Part shown: piece by piece, positions 1 to 11,770 of the stretch
Position numbering within the stretch: position 1 is the first letter of the stretch
Layout of the letters: every line of letters starts with the position of its first letter
NCBI GenBank assembly: GCA_028534125.1
Contig: CM052817.1
Span: 56,112,001 to 56,176,000 of the forward strand
Direction: 5' to 3'
Source: Lama glama
Taxonomy: Eukaryota
DNA: 64,000 nucleotides
Notes under the pieces: model-generated
Database searches by the model: none
What the model was told of the DNA's origin: nothing
Seen by the model: the letters and a program-made list of their open reading frames with translations, nothing else
Position numbers and translations under genes: made by a program

Positions 1-29
1 AACAAATTAATTCATATTTATACTGTAGA

Positions 30-620
30 TTAACATTTGATAATGAAAAGAAATAAATTACTTACATATGTAACAATGTGAATAAATCTTAAAAACATTA
101 CACCAAATGACAAAAGCTTTATGTAAAGTATACTTACTCCATAATTCCATATTTGAAATTCTAGAACAAGTAAAACTATTCTACAAATGAAAGGAATATG
201 AATAGTGGTTGTGTCTTGGGGGGTGATAGCCTGGCTGATGGGGAGGGGAATGAGAAGACATTCTGGATTTATGATAACATTCTATATTTTGATAGAGGAT
301 TGTTTTACATGGATATATACATTTGTTGAAACAAAGTAGAAGTACACTTGCAATCTGTGTATTTTGTAATCATTGCAAATCTTGCAGTGATTGTGTATAA
401 ATGTTACATCCAACAAGGGAAAATTATTCTAAACAAAGACTGAATCCTATGTATGATAAGCATGCTGGTATATTTATGGAAGTATATTAATGTCTATAAT
501 TTACTTTGAAATAAACTTTAAAATAAGATGGATTAATGGAAAGTTATTGACAGGGATAGATATGTGATAAAATATGTACAATAAAATGTTAAATAAAGAT
601 AATTAGGCATATAGATTTCA
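30..620 (+). mobile_element. Old L1 (L1MC4/L1ME-like) 3' end fragment
   Basis: Typical old L1 3' motifs: 'ataattccatatttgaaattctagaacaagtaaaacta', 'atagtggttg', 'gataacattctatattttgatagagg', 'gtacacttgcaatctgtgtatttt'. Confidence 0.75.
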
Positions 621-1103
621 TTATAAGATGATATGAACTTCATTACATTTTTTGGGGGGTGGGAATGGGCCATAAAGTAGGTAGTCATCAATAAATAAAA
701 TATTTAAATTTTATTTTACATTCTGTTTTATTCTCCCTTTATAGAATGCACAAATATATCTCCCTAGCATCTTCTATGATAGAGAATTTAAACTCTCTCT
801 ATGATTACTTATTTCAGTGGTGACTACCTGGTATTCTGTGCTGACTTATCCTTGTGACATTCCTCTAATCAGGTGTAGTGAAATGCTAAAATTTTATTTA
901 GCAATGTCTTGATGACAAATGTCCATTCCCTGGACTATGAATCAAATAAAGGAAATATAAGAGCTCTTGGAGATTATCCAGAAATTTTCACTTTCATGTA
1001 ACCATAGTGAATTTCATTGAGTATATGAGACATTTCCAAAGTCTTATAGCTAGTTATTGTCACATTTCTATCGAACCCAGCCTTCTAGCTATATTTGCTC
1101 ATT

Positions 1104-1471
1104 AAACATCATATACTATCACTTACATGTGGAATCTAAAAAAAAAGACAAACTTATTTACAAAGCAGAAACAGATTCACATAGAAAACAAACTTATGGT
1201 TACTGGGGGAAAGGAAGTGGTAAGGGATAAACTGGGAGTTTGAGGTTTGCAGATACTAACAAATATATAAATATATATATAAAATAGATAACAAGTTCAT
1301 ACTGTACAGCACAGGAAACTATACTCAATATCTTGTAGTAACCTTTGGTGAAAAAGAATATGAAAATGTATACATGTATGTATATATGACTGAAGCATTA
1401 GGCAGTACACCAGAAATTGACACAACATTGTAAACTATACTTCAATAAAAGTATATATATAGACAAAAAAA
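1104..1471 (+). mobile_element. Young lineage-specific L1 3'UTR, 5'-truncated
   Basis: 'tatcacttacatgtggaatctaaa' (ORF2 end), 'aaacaaacttatggttac', 'gcacaggaaactatactcaatatcttgtagtaacc', 'acaccagaaattgacacaacattgtaaac', AATAAA and A-rich tail; aligns by eye to copies at 7669, 16145 and 28921. Confidence 0.9.
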
Positions 1472-2564
1472 TTATCTTTTGAAAATTGAAGAGTTTCCTA
1501 AGAAAAACTCAGTAAGAAAACCATTAAAGATTACATAGCAATCTTAATAAAGAAGATTGTGTTGTACTATTGGACAAATTGCTTCTTGGGTCAAACACAA
1601 ATCAGATGAAATAAATGAAAAGGCACACTAGACATTGCTTTAGTTACTGAGAAAGAAAAAATCTAAATTAAAAATTTTTCATTCCTCATAATTTTCCCAT
1701 AGAATTGAGTTGTATTCTCCAAGTAGCAGGCATAAAATAAAGAAGTTGAAAACCTATATTTATTCCCCCATCATTGCAGCCAAGATGTGTGGGTTACACA
1801 CTAGAGGCAAATGTTTCTGTGGCTTATTACAAACATCTAAGTAATTCTGCTCTTCATGGCCTGCCCACAGTTATTTTCTGAACTCTTTCATATCAGTTAT
1901 TTTCTGATCTCTGTCAGATCATTTACAGAAAGAACATGTATAAGTTTCTTTGGTATTTTTTCCCAGTTCTATCACCTAACAAAATACTATGAATTTTAGT
2001 CTTAAATTTTCTTTAAACCTTGTGTAAAAAAGAGTTCTATTGATGCTTATGCAATCTCATTCAACACCAGGTGGATATCTTTCTCTCCACTTAGCCAGAG
2101 AAATACTATTTAATGTTTAAAACAAAGGGAAAAAATGAGAAAAGAGTTAAATTAGCAATTAAAAATGAGTATAATTAATATATGATTCAAATTATAACTA
2201 TTGTTCCTAATTATGAAGTTGAGGGAAATCAACCATTAAAATTTTAGATGTATGATTTCTTTTCATATATTAAAAATCACTTTAACATTGTTTAATATAG
2301 TAAACCACATGCTGCCACTTACATGAATATGCTGGATTCTTTCATAGTGAATTGATTCTTTAAAATAATGTTTATCTAACAAATGTTCTAACAAATAATG
2401 CTCTAAATATAATGATATCCTTAAGTCTAGAAAGAATTGAAAAATGCTTGGTGTCCAATTTATAAGAAAAAATTTATTTACTTAATAGCTTACAAGTTCT
2501 TATTTTGCAACAGGTAATGACAGAGGAATATCTGTTCAAGTTAACTAAACATAGACCAATGTTT

Positions 2565-3006
2565 TGATGGGCAGTAGTTATTTCTAATATAATATCATCT
2601 CTCCACATCTTTAGGGTACGTGGAAAACTATATTTCCCAGTTTCATGCAGTTGGAAGTAGGAATATGATTAGTGTTGGATAGTGGGTTTGGGTCAGAGGT
2701 TTTATATATATTGTCTTTTAGCCAAAGTATTCAATTGCCAATTTGAGACCCTCCAGGCTTCTGTAACCTATCACAGTGAATGGGAAAGACACCTAGTCAA
2801 CACAATTCAGTGATATGTTCTTAACTCAGTGAAGGCTCAATAGTGAAATAGTGAAGGCATTCCTAGCCTCCATCATGAATCATGGAAGACAAGTGTCCAG
2901 AGGTTTTCCTAGCATTTCATGAGCAAGTAATAGTCTTTGGTGTGCTATATCTGAGATTTTTGGATTATTGAATAACAGACTATATCCTAATTAATCTTGA
3001 CAGATG
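2565..3006 (+). mobile_element. MaLR LTR (MLT1H/I/J-like)
   Basis: 'actatatttcccagtttcatgcagtt', 'caattgccaatttgagaccctccagg', 'atgagcaagtaatagtctttgg...ctgagatttttggattattg', terminal 'atcttgacagatg'. Confidence 0.7.
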
Positions 3007-4454
3007 TAGTAGGCGAATAGTAATTCAACTTATTTGTTACTTCAGTGTTAACTGCACATCAATTTACAACAAAGTAATTAAGCACCCATAACTTCAAATG
3101 TTATAGTATGAAGATACTACGGGCTATAAGTAAACTCATATTTGAATTATTTTCATTTAAAGTATAGGCTATAATATCATCATAAAATGACTTATACACA
3201 AAATAATCCATAGGTATGCAAAAGCTGTGGTTTCAAATCCTAACCAGAATATAAATATCCAAAAAATTTAGAAGAATAAAAAATATTTTAAAAAAATTTA
3301 TTCCAATTATGCAAAAAGTTCTAAAGTTTATAACATAATGCATTTGCTTAAAAAGAAATTCTTCACAACTTTAGGTCAGAAAAGTCTGAATCATTGTGAC
3401 ATGAATTATCATGTATCATGAATGTAAAGTTTAGCTGTGAGATTAGAATATTCAAGATAACCATTATTCTCTTACAGTGGAATTGCTTGATGCCATAAAG
3501 CACGATGGCACTATTGTTCATTAATGTCACTTTAAGTGAACTTTACTGTGGAAAATCAGTACTACTCCTTATAATATCTAGACTTAACATTACTAATTGT
3601 TATCACTAAAAGCCAGTTTTATAGTGACATAAACAGTAGAGCTAATGCTGTCAGGCTTTGGTATTAATGCCTCAAATAAACACACTAATACAGTGTCAGA
3701 ATATATCTCTTACAAACTGATATGCAAAGACCAGGTTTTAAAAAAAAGCCAGTATAGGCTGTTGTAACTCCTAGCAAAACAATATAATGTCAGTGTGTAT
3801 CTCTTTTTAATGTTATGTATCACTTCATTTAACAAATAACTGAGTTTATTTCACGTGAAATGATGGCAACTGGCAATCATAGCATTCTTTCCCAGAAATA
3901 GAAAAAAAGCATGTATCTTCTCCAAGTCAATATTTATTTGATTGGAAAGAACCATGATAATTACTTATTGATTTCAAAATTGTTTAGAGTAATCCTTTAA
4001 AAAAATCTGTGTCAAAATCAAACACAGCCTTCAAGAAGATATTTAAAGCCAACACACTTTCTAAAATACTCTTCACATAGAAACAAAGTTAAATTCCAAA
4101 ATCATGCATGAGTATCTATAATACATTGGTCATTTATTTGAAAAAACCCATATTTATAATGTAAAATACAGATTTGCAGTTACCCATCTTTTCTGTCATT
4201 TGTGTCATGCAGCTGTATTTCAATTATATCTATCAAATGGAAAGGCATGCTTTTAAACATTACTTAGCTTTCATTCTTGACAAACTTTAGAAGGCAAAAA
4301 AACATTAAAATAGCCACATAAAATTATGGACAGGTTTTGCTCAATACTATCTATTCTCAGTGAAAATCAAGATAATCACCATACCAATATGGAATAAAAT
4401 GCTATGAAAGAGCCAGATGCAGCAGTATTAAAAAAACAAGTAATTGTTAGAATA

Positions 4455-4560
4455 ACTATAAATGGAGTATAAACTTTAAAAATTGTAAATCATTATATTG
4501 CGTATCTGTCATTATATAAAATTGTACATAGAATATACTTCAATATAAAAAGAAAGAAGA
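4455..4560 (+). mobile_element. L1 extreme 3' end fragment
   Basis: 'aatggagtataaactttaaaaattgtaaatcattatattg...tatacttcaata' followed by an A-rich tail. Confidence 0.6.
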
Positions 4561-5049
4561 AGCAAATAAATAGAAAAGCAAGACATGCTACATAAGACTC
4601 TCATTGTGATGCTTAGATGTTTAGCACACATTTCCATCTTTAAAATACATTTTATGTAAAACCCAAGTACTCTTTACAAATGTATATCACATAATACTGA
4701 AAAGTGAACTACAATTATCAGAGAAGCTGAGCAAGATCTTTAATGGTCACTTAGATTAGGCCTGGTAAATGAACAAAATTTCATCCATTCCTTATTAATT
4801 TAGGCTACCAAGACATATAACTACAAAGTGTATGAGGCAATTGGGTAGGCATACTGTCCGAAGATGAGGAGAAAATAAGTAATTCTAGGTGCAATTCTCT
4901 GTGGGAGAACAATCAAATACACTCCTATTCAAAAGCAGATTACAGATTATTAATTTGAGATATTTATTCTTATTTACTATAAATATTTGCAACTATGAAT
5001 ATCCATCTGAGTATTAGGTTAGCTGCACCAGCACAGTTTTGGAAAGTGT

Positions 5050-5385
5050 ATTCTTTTTAATTCATTTCAAAGTATTTTCTAATTTCTCTTGTGATTTCTT
5101 CTTGGACCAACTGGTTATTTAAGTTGTTGTTTAATTGTCACAGTTTTGTTAATTTGCCAAATATTCTACTGTTGGTAATTTCTAATTTCATTCCATTGAG
5201 ATCAAAAAACATACTTTGTATAATTTCAATTCTTTCTAACTTACTAAGATACGTTTTTTGGCACCAGATAAGATCTACTCTGAAGTGTTTCACAACACTT
5301 GAAAAGAATGTGTAATCTGTTGTTGTTGGAGGGAGGGTGCAATAGATGCCTGTTAAGTCTACTTCCCTTCTAGTGTTGTATATTA
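5050..5385 (-). mobile_element. L1 ORF2 endonuclease-domain fragment
   Basis: ORF 5138..5410(-) 'DLTGIYCTLPPTTTDYTFFSS...IEIIQSMFFDLNGMKLEI' matches the L1 ORF2 EN consensus DLTDIYRTLHPTTTEYTFFSS...IEIIQSMFSDHNGIKLEI; the catalytic SDH is degenerate. Confidence 0.9.
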
Positions 5386-5769
5386 TTATGCTGTGCACAT
5401 TATAGGTCACTTCTCCCTTAAATATTCTATCTTATATATTGTCTGTTTTATGTTTTCTCAAAATTGTTTGAAAAAATTGATACACATGTTTTTCTTTTGC
5501 AATAAGTTTACTTTTCCTTTGAGAGGGTCACTCAACCCTATGAACACATACATATAGTTCTCTATCATATCCACAGAAATCACTGGGCTTATATCATATG
5601 ACCTGTGTGAATGAGCTTATTTTCCTTCACTCATATAATATTCTGAATTATAACACTGATTTTCCATCTTAAAATGATAAAATAATACCATCGCTGTTAA
5701 GCTAAATTCTTTAAAGTCACAAAACCCAAGAAAGCATTACAAGATGCTTTCTACTTAGCACTCAAAGCC

Positions 5770-6050
5770 TTCTATCCTGATATGCCATTTCTTCCTTTCA
5801 CCATAATGCCTTTCTATTCTGATTTATCATTTCTTTATGACTATAAATTTCTCACCCTTTATCTTTTGCACATAGGTTCTGATAATGACATTTCCCTCAC
5901 TCAGTGTTTATTCTTAGCTAGAAACCCTGTCTCTCACTCCCAGTGCATTTCAATACCACCTTCTCTGGAGCTTCCCTTAATTTCCCTGGGGCACATGGCA
6001 GCTCTCACTTCTAAATGTCTACAATACTTTTACACTTATGAGACTTGCTA
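5770..6050 (+). mobile_element. L2 fragment
   Basis: Pyrimidine-rich, with 'caccttctctggagcttcccttaatttccc' resembling the L2 3' region. Confidence 0.5.
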
Positions 6051-6921
6051 CTGTTATTTTATGTGGAAGAAGAAGAAATCTAGGAAATTAAAACTAAGAT
6101 TAGTTATTTGAGTTTCACAAAACCATGTAACTCCTGTTTTTCTTACTGGTACCATGGCTATATTAACCACACCAAGCTGTCAAATATGCATAATAAAAGT
6201 ATGCATATGTGATTGTTTTCAGGAATCAATAATTACAATTTAAAACTGAAACTGTTAGCGTTCTTCAGTAAATTCGTTCGTCTACGTTCTACAGGATCTT
6301 TCTTTGCTGGTCCTTTAAGATCTCTTGTGAAGATTTCATTCTTGTTGTATTTGGCTATTTCTTACTGGCTCTCAATACTGTGTATCTAACAGAAATTAAA
6401 ATGCTGTCTCCCTCATGGGACCCATTTGTGAATTTTTTGTAGGTCCTATGGGACCTCCTCTGTGCATAGTTCTCTGAAATGAAAGTTTAACTATTGCTTT
6501 ACTTGGTCCAATCTTTCAGCTCTACCCCTAGCACTATGGTGCAGAGCAGCAAGACAGTTCTACTCCTTTCCCCTTGTGTCCAACCCATCCATGGACAACT
6601 CACTCATATCTGACAAATCAAAATACAGTCAGCTATACTGTTGTCAATCTTTCCCTCCTATTATCTCTTCTCAATTTCGTTCCTCTTTGCTCAAATATAC
6701 GTAGGGAGAAGACCAGCAAACCTGTTACCTAATTAGAATCCAGATGGGAAATAAAATTCAGATCCACATCCAGATCTAGTAGATATTTCTAACTTCCATA
6801 AATGATACTATTGGAGCATCCCATCTCAGCAGAATAAAGGATAGAGGAAGGAACTGCCTACCAAATTCAATTTAAACAGACAATTTTAAAATTATACATA
6901 TACATATATATGCAGGGAGAG

Positions 6922-6941
6922 GAGAGAGAGAGAGAGAGAGA
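6922..6941. repeat. (GA)n microsatellite
   Basis: Directly visible. Confidence 0.9.
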
Positions 6942-7109
6942 AGAGGATAACCGAAGTGATGGCAGCAGAGAAGGCTATAGATATTTAGACTTATAAATTA
7001 TAACTTTGGAGAAAATAAATGGACTTGTTAACTCTTGGAAACTCTCCTTAAATTATTGGGTACAAAAGAAGGTTCATATCTGGTAATTCTAAGTAAGCAC
7101 TTACTGAAT

Positions 7110-7660
7110 CAATACTCCCATAGATAAGAACTATAAACTCTGGATACAATATAACAAATAATTGCCTAAAGGCATCATTGAGTGAAAACAAGCAGATTAT
7201 GAAAATGAATGGAAATCTGGAAGACGGGTGAGTTTCCCATTTTTATTATTTTAGTCTGAGTGCAGGCTCTGATACTGGAGACAAAACTTCTGTTAGAAAA
7301 CTCATTGTGTTTATAGTTTAAAAGACCAGATTCAGAAATCAGTGCAAGTATACCTACTTAAAAAAGAGCAGAATCTCTAAAAGACAATTAGCAGGTAGGC
7401 AAACTCAGCATTATGTGAATAAATTCTACTCAAATCAGTAGATTATCCGGACCTGTACACATGTGGCAAAGACACAAGCAACCCAGGTAAAGACAAAATA
7501 AATGAACTGAAATATGAATTACCATCTAGGCGAACATTTATGCATTTTGTATCCAATCATTAGGACAAGTCAATATTCCTTGACAAAAATATAAGGAAAT
7601 TCAGAGTTTCCACAACACAGCATTACAATATCCAGTAAAAAACCCCAAATTATCTAACAT
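7110..7660 (+). mobile_element. Old L1M (L1M4/L1MD-like) 5' region, interrupted by a younger L1
   Basis: 'aactataaactctggatac', 'tcagagtttccacaacacagcattacaatatccag...ccccaaattatctaacat' resemble the old L1 5'UTR/ORF1 approach; resumes at about 8270. Confidence 0.6.
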
Positions 7661-7668
7661 AATGATAG

Positions 7669-8267
7669 CCCCAATGTTCATAGCAGCATTATATACAATA
7701 GCCAAGACATGGAAGCCACCTAAACGTCCATCAATAGATAACTGGATAAAAAAGTTATGGTATAGTTATAAAATGGAATACTATTCAGCCATGAAAAGGA
7801 ATAAAATAATGCCATTTGCAACAACATGGATGGACCTGGAGACTGTCACTCTAAGTGAAGTAAGCCAGAAAGAGAAAGAAAAATACCATATGATATCACT
7901 CATATGTGGAATCTAACAAAAGGGAAAAAAGAAGAAAGAGGACACTAATGAACTCATCTACAAAACAGAAACAGACTCACAGACGTAGTAAACAATCTTA
8001 TGGTTATCAGAGGAAAGGGGATGGGAAGGGATAAATTTGGGAGTTCGAGATTTGCAAATGTTAACCATTATATATAAAAATAGATTAAAAAAAACCTTTC
8101 TTCTGGACAGGGAACTATATTCAGTATCTTGTAATAACTTTAAATGAAAAAGAATATGAAAATGAATATATGTACATATATATGCATGACTGGGACATTG
8201 TGTTGTACACCAGAAATTGGTGCTTTGTAACTGACTATACTCCAATTAAAAAAAAGAAAAGAATAAA
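7669..8267 (+). mobile_element. Young L1, 5'-truncated: ORF2 C-terminus, 3'UTR and A-tail
   Basis: ORF 7662..7916 'PMFIAALYTIAKTWK...MEYYSAMKRNKIMPFATTWMDLETVTLSEVSQKEKEKYHMISLICGI*' is the canonical L1 ORF2 C-terminus; A-rich tail at 8248-8267. Confidence 0.95.
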
Positions 8268-8269
8268 GG

Positions 8270-8390
8270 TGAATATGCACAGTGAAGGAAAAGAGATGAA
8301 ATCTCAGCACAGAAGTATATAAACTATTATTAACGCAAAATGCAAATTCTAGAACTGAAATACAGTAATATCTAAAAGACTGAGTAATAA
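8270..8390 (+). mobile_element. Old L1M ORF1 fragment (continuation of 7110-7660)
   Basis: 'aaatctcagcacagaagtatataaacta...aaatgcaaattctagaactgaaatacagtaata' is the L1M ORF1 N-terminal coiled-coil region. Confidence 0.65.
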
Positions 8391-8614
8391 ATCACTTTAC
8401 CCTCAGATTTAAAAACAGAAAGAAAATGGAGTGAACTTCATTTCTACATACCAAAACATAAATACCGTATTAGCACAGTATAGTAATACTTCTAGAATAT
8501 AGAGATGCATTAGTACAGCACTATAGAAACCATAAAAACAATCTAAATATAAGTGACTATTCAGTATATTATGTACAGTGATAAAAAGAAATTGTGCATT
8601 TTTCTATAAATTAT

Positions 8615-8720
8615 TTGAGAAAATAGGGCTTTGTAAGGATTAAATGAATTACCATATAAAAATACTTCAACAACAATATGATAAATACTAAATATTATAT
8701 GATTGTTATATTTTTATTAT
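8615..8720 (+). mobile_element. MIR 3' fragment
   Basis: 'ttgtaaggattaaatgaattaccatataaaaatactt' matches MIR 'ttgtgaggattaaatgagataatgcatgtaaagcgctt'. Confidence 0.6.
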
Positions 8721-8764
8721 TAATATTATTTTTGCTGATCATGTATGGTATAGGTTATAATGGA

Positions 8765-8965
8765 CCATTTCCTGGAGGCAATTTTTCAACAAGTATACAA
8801 TGCATAAATTTAGTTATATCCTTTATCCTTATAGATCTACTTATCAAAAGTTATTCTAACAAATAAGCAATGCTACTAAATCGTTGTAATAATATTGGTA
8901 ACAATGTAAATGTCAAACAATAGTTGATGGATTGAATGGATTGGGACAAATTTATACTGCAAGTA
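8765..8965 (+). mobile_element. L1ME ORF2 3' fragment
   Basis: 'ctggaggcaattttt', 'ggtaacaatgtaaatgtcaaacaatag...gatggattgaat'. Confidence 0.55.
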
Positions 8966-9149
8966 ATTTTTCAACTTAAAATCAAATACTACCAGATTAT
9001 TTTTCACAGGATCAATGCAATATATAAAGTACTGTGAAAGACACAGTGCCTAACTGACATTTGTAACCCGATTTAGTTTTACTACCTCCTATTATATATG
9101 TTAAATGCCAGAAATTTGCAATTACAACCACTTGTACAGAACATGGATG

Positions 9150-9528
9150 GTCCAGTGTTCTAATTCAGGATGATGAGACATAGAAGGAAGACTGACTACA
9201 AACTTGCCAGTGAATTCCCGTCATTAACAAAAGGAAAGAAGAGAGCAGTTGCTTGCATCATTCTGCCCTTCCTTCTGCCTTGAGCATGGATACGAAGCCT
9301 GAACTATAACACTCATCTTTCAAACATGAGGTAACAAGTGTGTAACCAGAAAAAGGTAAAGCAATGTATAGTAGAATAGAAAGACAGAAGGAATTTGGAT
9401 TATTGGTGACATCATAAAGCTGCTGTCTACCTCCATGCACCCTGCAATATCAGCTAATTAAATATATGATTTATTGTTGATATTGCTGTTACTTATATAC
9501 ACAGCCTACACCAATTCTAACACCTACA
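9150..9528 (+). mobile_element. MaLR LTR (MLT1J/K-like)
   Basis: 'ccttccttctgccttgagcatggat', 'agaatagaaagacagaaggaatttgg...gtgacatcataaagctgctg', terminal 'tgttact...aattctaacacctaca'. Confidence 0.7.
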
Positions 9529-9740
9529 GGATCTATCACAGTAAACCAAACTAAATAATGATAATACCACATGATAGATACAACTTTTAGCTACAACTTT
9601 TAGGTATGAGTTCCAGAGATTGCATTAACAGGTCTAACAGCCCAAGGAAGGAATCTCTTACAAAATAGGCTGTAATGCCAGGTGAATGATCCTAATCATG
9701 ATGGGAACTGAGTTTGAAAAGATCATCCACACTGGAGGAC

Positions 9741-9862
9741 AAGATGACTGTGTACATTATTTCCAAACCAGAGCATTTTTGGAGTGAAGAGGTCCTTCTC
9801 ATAATTGCATAGTAAGAAGTGAATCAAACTGTTTTGGGCAAATCGGGATATATGGTCGCACC
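9741..9862 (+). mobile_element. hAT-Blackjack MITE, MER94-like
   Basis: 'tccaaaccagagcatttttggagtgaagagg...gggcaaatcgggatatatggtcgcacc' follows the MER94 consensus as recalled, with degenerate AGGGTGACCATA-type TIRs. Confidence 0.7.
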
Positions 9863-9934
9863 AGTTTGGTCCTAGGGTTGTTACTCTGTCAGGATATATT
9901 AAATGAAAATTATAGATTGATACTGAAAGGTTAA

Positions 9935-10044
9935 CAAAAAATAATATGAAAATGAATATATGTAAGTATATGCATGACTGGGCAATTGTGCTGTACACTG
10001 GAAATTAACACATTTTAACTGACTGTACTTCAATTTAAAAAAAA
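9935..10044 (+). mobile_element. Young L1 extreme 3' end (about 110 bp)
   Basis: 'aatatgaaaatgaatatatgtaagtatatgcatgactggg...ctgactgtacttcaatttaaaaaaaa' is nearly identical to 8150-8255. Confidence 0.85.
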
Positions 10045-10249
10045 GATTTAAATAACAAATAATTCTGGTGCTACTTAAACTATTCCAGAGCATAGAAAAA
10101 AACTGGAAAATGGTATACAGCATCGTGTACAGGATCCATAGTTGAAGGTTTCTTTTCAAAGATAAGTGCTATCAAGATTTAAATAACAAATAATTCCAGT
10201 GCTGCTTAAACTATTCCAGAGCATAGAAAAATATAAAAATTGGAAAATG
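10043..10249 (+). repeat. About 60-70 bp direct duplication, copies 131 bp apart
   Basis: 'aagatttaaataacaaataattc(tg/ca)gtgct(a/g)cttaaactattccagagcatagaaaaa' at 10043-10100 and 10174-10231. Confidence 0.95.
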
Positions 10250-11705
10250 AAAAATATATACACATATAGATTGGCATCTCGGAAGTAAATAAGACTTTTT
10301 TAAAATAAGGAGTATTAAGGAACTACAGGCTTCTGTAAGTTCTCTGAACTATGTCCATCTCCACTGTTTTCGTGTCATTAATTCATAGTCCAGGTGGCTC
10401 TCGTCCATTCCTGCAATGCATACATTGACATATATTTTTGCTGTACTAAGGCTTTGAGTTCTTAATGACAATCATGTTTATAGGTGGCTACTGCTCTCTC
10501 TTAACAACTGAGGAAAGTTAATGTTTCTGAAAAAACATAACAGAAAAAGAAAACTATTAAGCAGATGACAATTATAGGCAAATCAGTAACTTTATATAAG
10601 AGACACCCATTAACCAAATGTTGTAGCTCCATATTTAAAAGCCACATGGAAAATAGGAGACAAGGAAAAACTAATGATAACAGCTCATGTTGATTGCTCA
10701 GCTCTGACTCAGCACAGATGACAAGACTAAAAATTACAAATAATTACTGAAAACAACCTTGCCAAAAATGTGCCTTCCCCTCAAATCCATTGGATGTGTA
10801 TTTTCAACTTGATTTTATTATTCTGGATACCACTGAAATTTTAGCAATTAGGTGAAAATGTCAAAATAGATAATGCTTTTCAAATCAGATTGATACTGAT
10901 TCTATAAATCAAAAATAAAAGTGGCCCATTTTATTGTACACAGATCTTCAATATTTCACTACATTTTGATAACATAATTGAGATATCTAAACATTCACAA
11001 TCGAGGTTCTTGTAAACTACACCTATTTTTCCCAACAATTTTGGCTGGCCTCTGCATTAGATTATTTCCCCCAGTTTCAAAATGCCTTAAATACTCTTCC
11101 TTGATTTTTATTATCTTGAACTGTTGGCTTTTATTCATCTTTATTACAAATATTTGTTATTTCCAAAATAATGTACACTTTGAAATGTCCATTTTCATAT
11201 TTCCAAAATAAAAAGAACTCTATTAGCATATTTTTAGAATTGATTTTCTTTTGGTGGAGTTATAGCTATTTTCTTATTGAAGAGATACAGTTTGGTCAAG
11301 CAGTGTTTTACTTATTTGTTAATCTCTTTCAGACCTTCAAGTGTTTATCAACACTCTTGTCTACATTAAGATAAAATTGTAACAGCTCCCTCAGCTGGTT
11401 CTCCTGATGGGAGATTGAGTCAAATCCAATTGGCAAGGATTCTTTTTACAAGAAGATAATTCTTTTCTTACCCATTTTTCTGTCTGTTCGGAAGACTTTG
11501 CACTCTGTCACTTGCTAGTGCAACAAAGCACTCACTTCAGAACTACCTCTCAAACTTAAGTCACTTTGTGGCTCTACTCCAGGATACCTAAGAGATTTCT
11601 AGCTTTCATGTAGCTCTGAAGACAGAATTTTCCATTTCTGGTATATGCAGAGTTCGGAGAGACAAAATTTGGTCAGTCTTGTGATCTTTGGAAATTTCTA
11701 TTACT

Positions 11706-11770
11706 TTAAGTAAGTATGCCTTAGGACTTAACTGCATTAAGTAAGTATGCCATAGGATTTAACTGCATTA
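11706..11770. repeat. 31-bp tandem duplication
   Basis: ttaagtaagtatgcc(t/a)tagga(c/t)ttaactgca x2, 2 mismatches. Confidence 0.95.

Noticed and set aside
368..392. 11-bp imperfect hairpin aatcattgcaa-atc-ttgcagtgatt
   Set aside because: Short, within an old L1, no functional context.
1868..1912. 14-bp direct repeat cagttattttctga, period 26
   Set aside because: Simple slippage duplication with only two copies.
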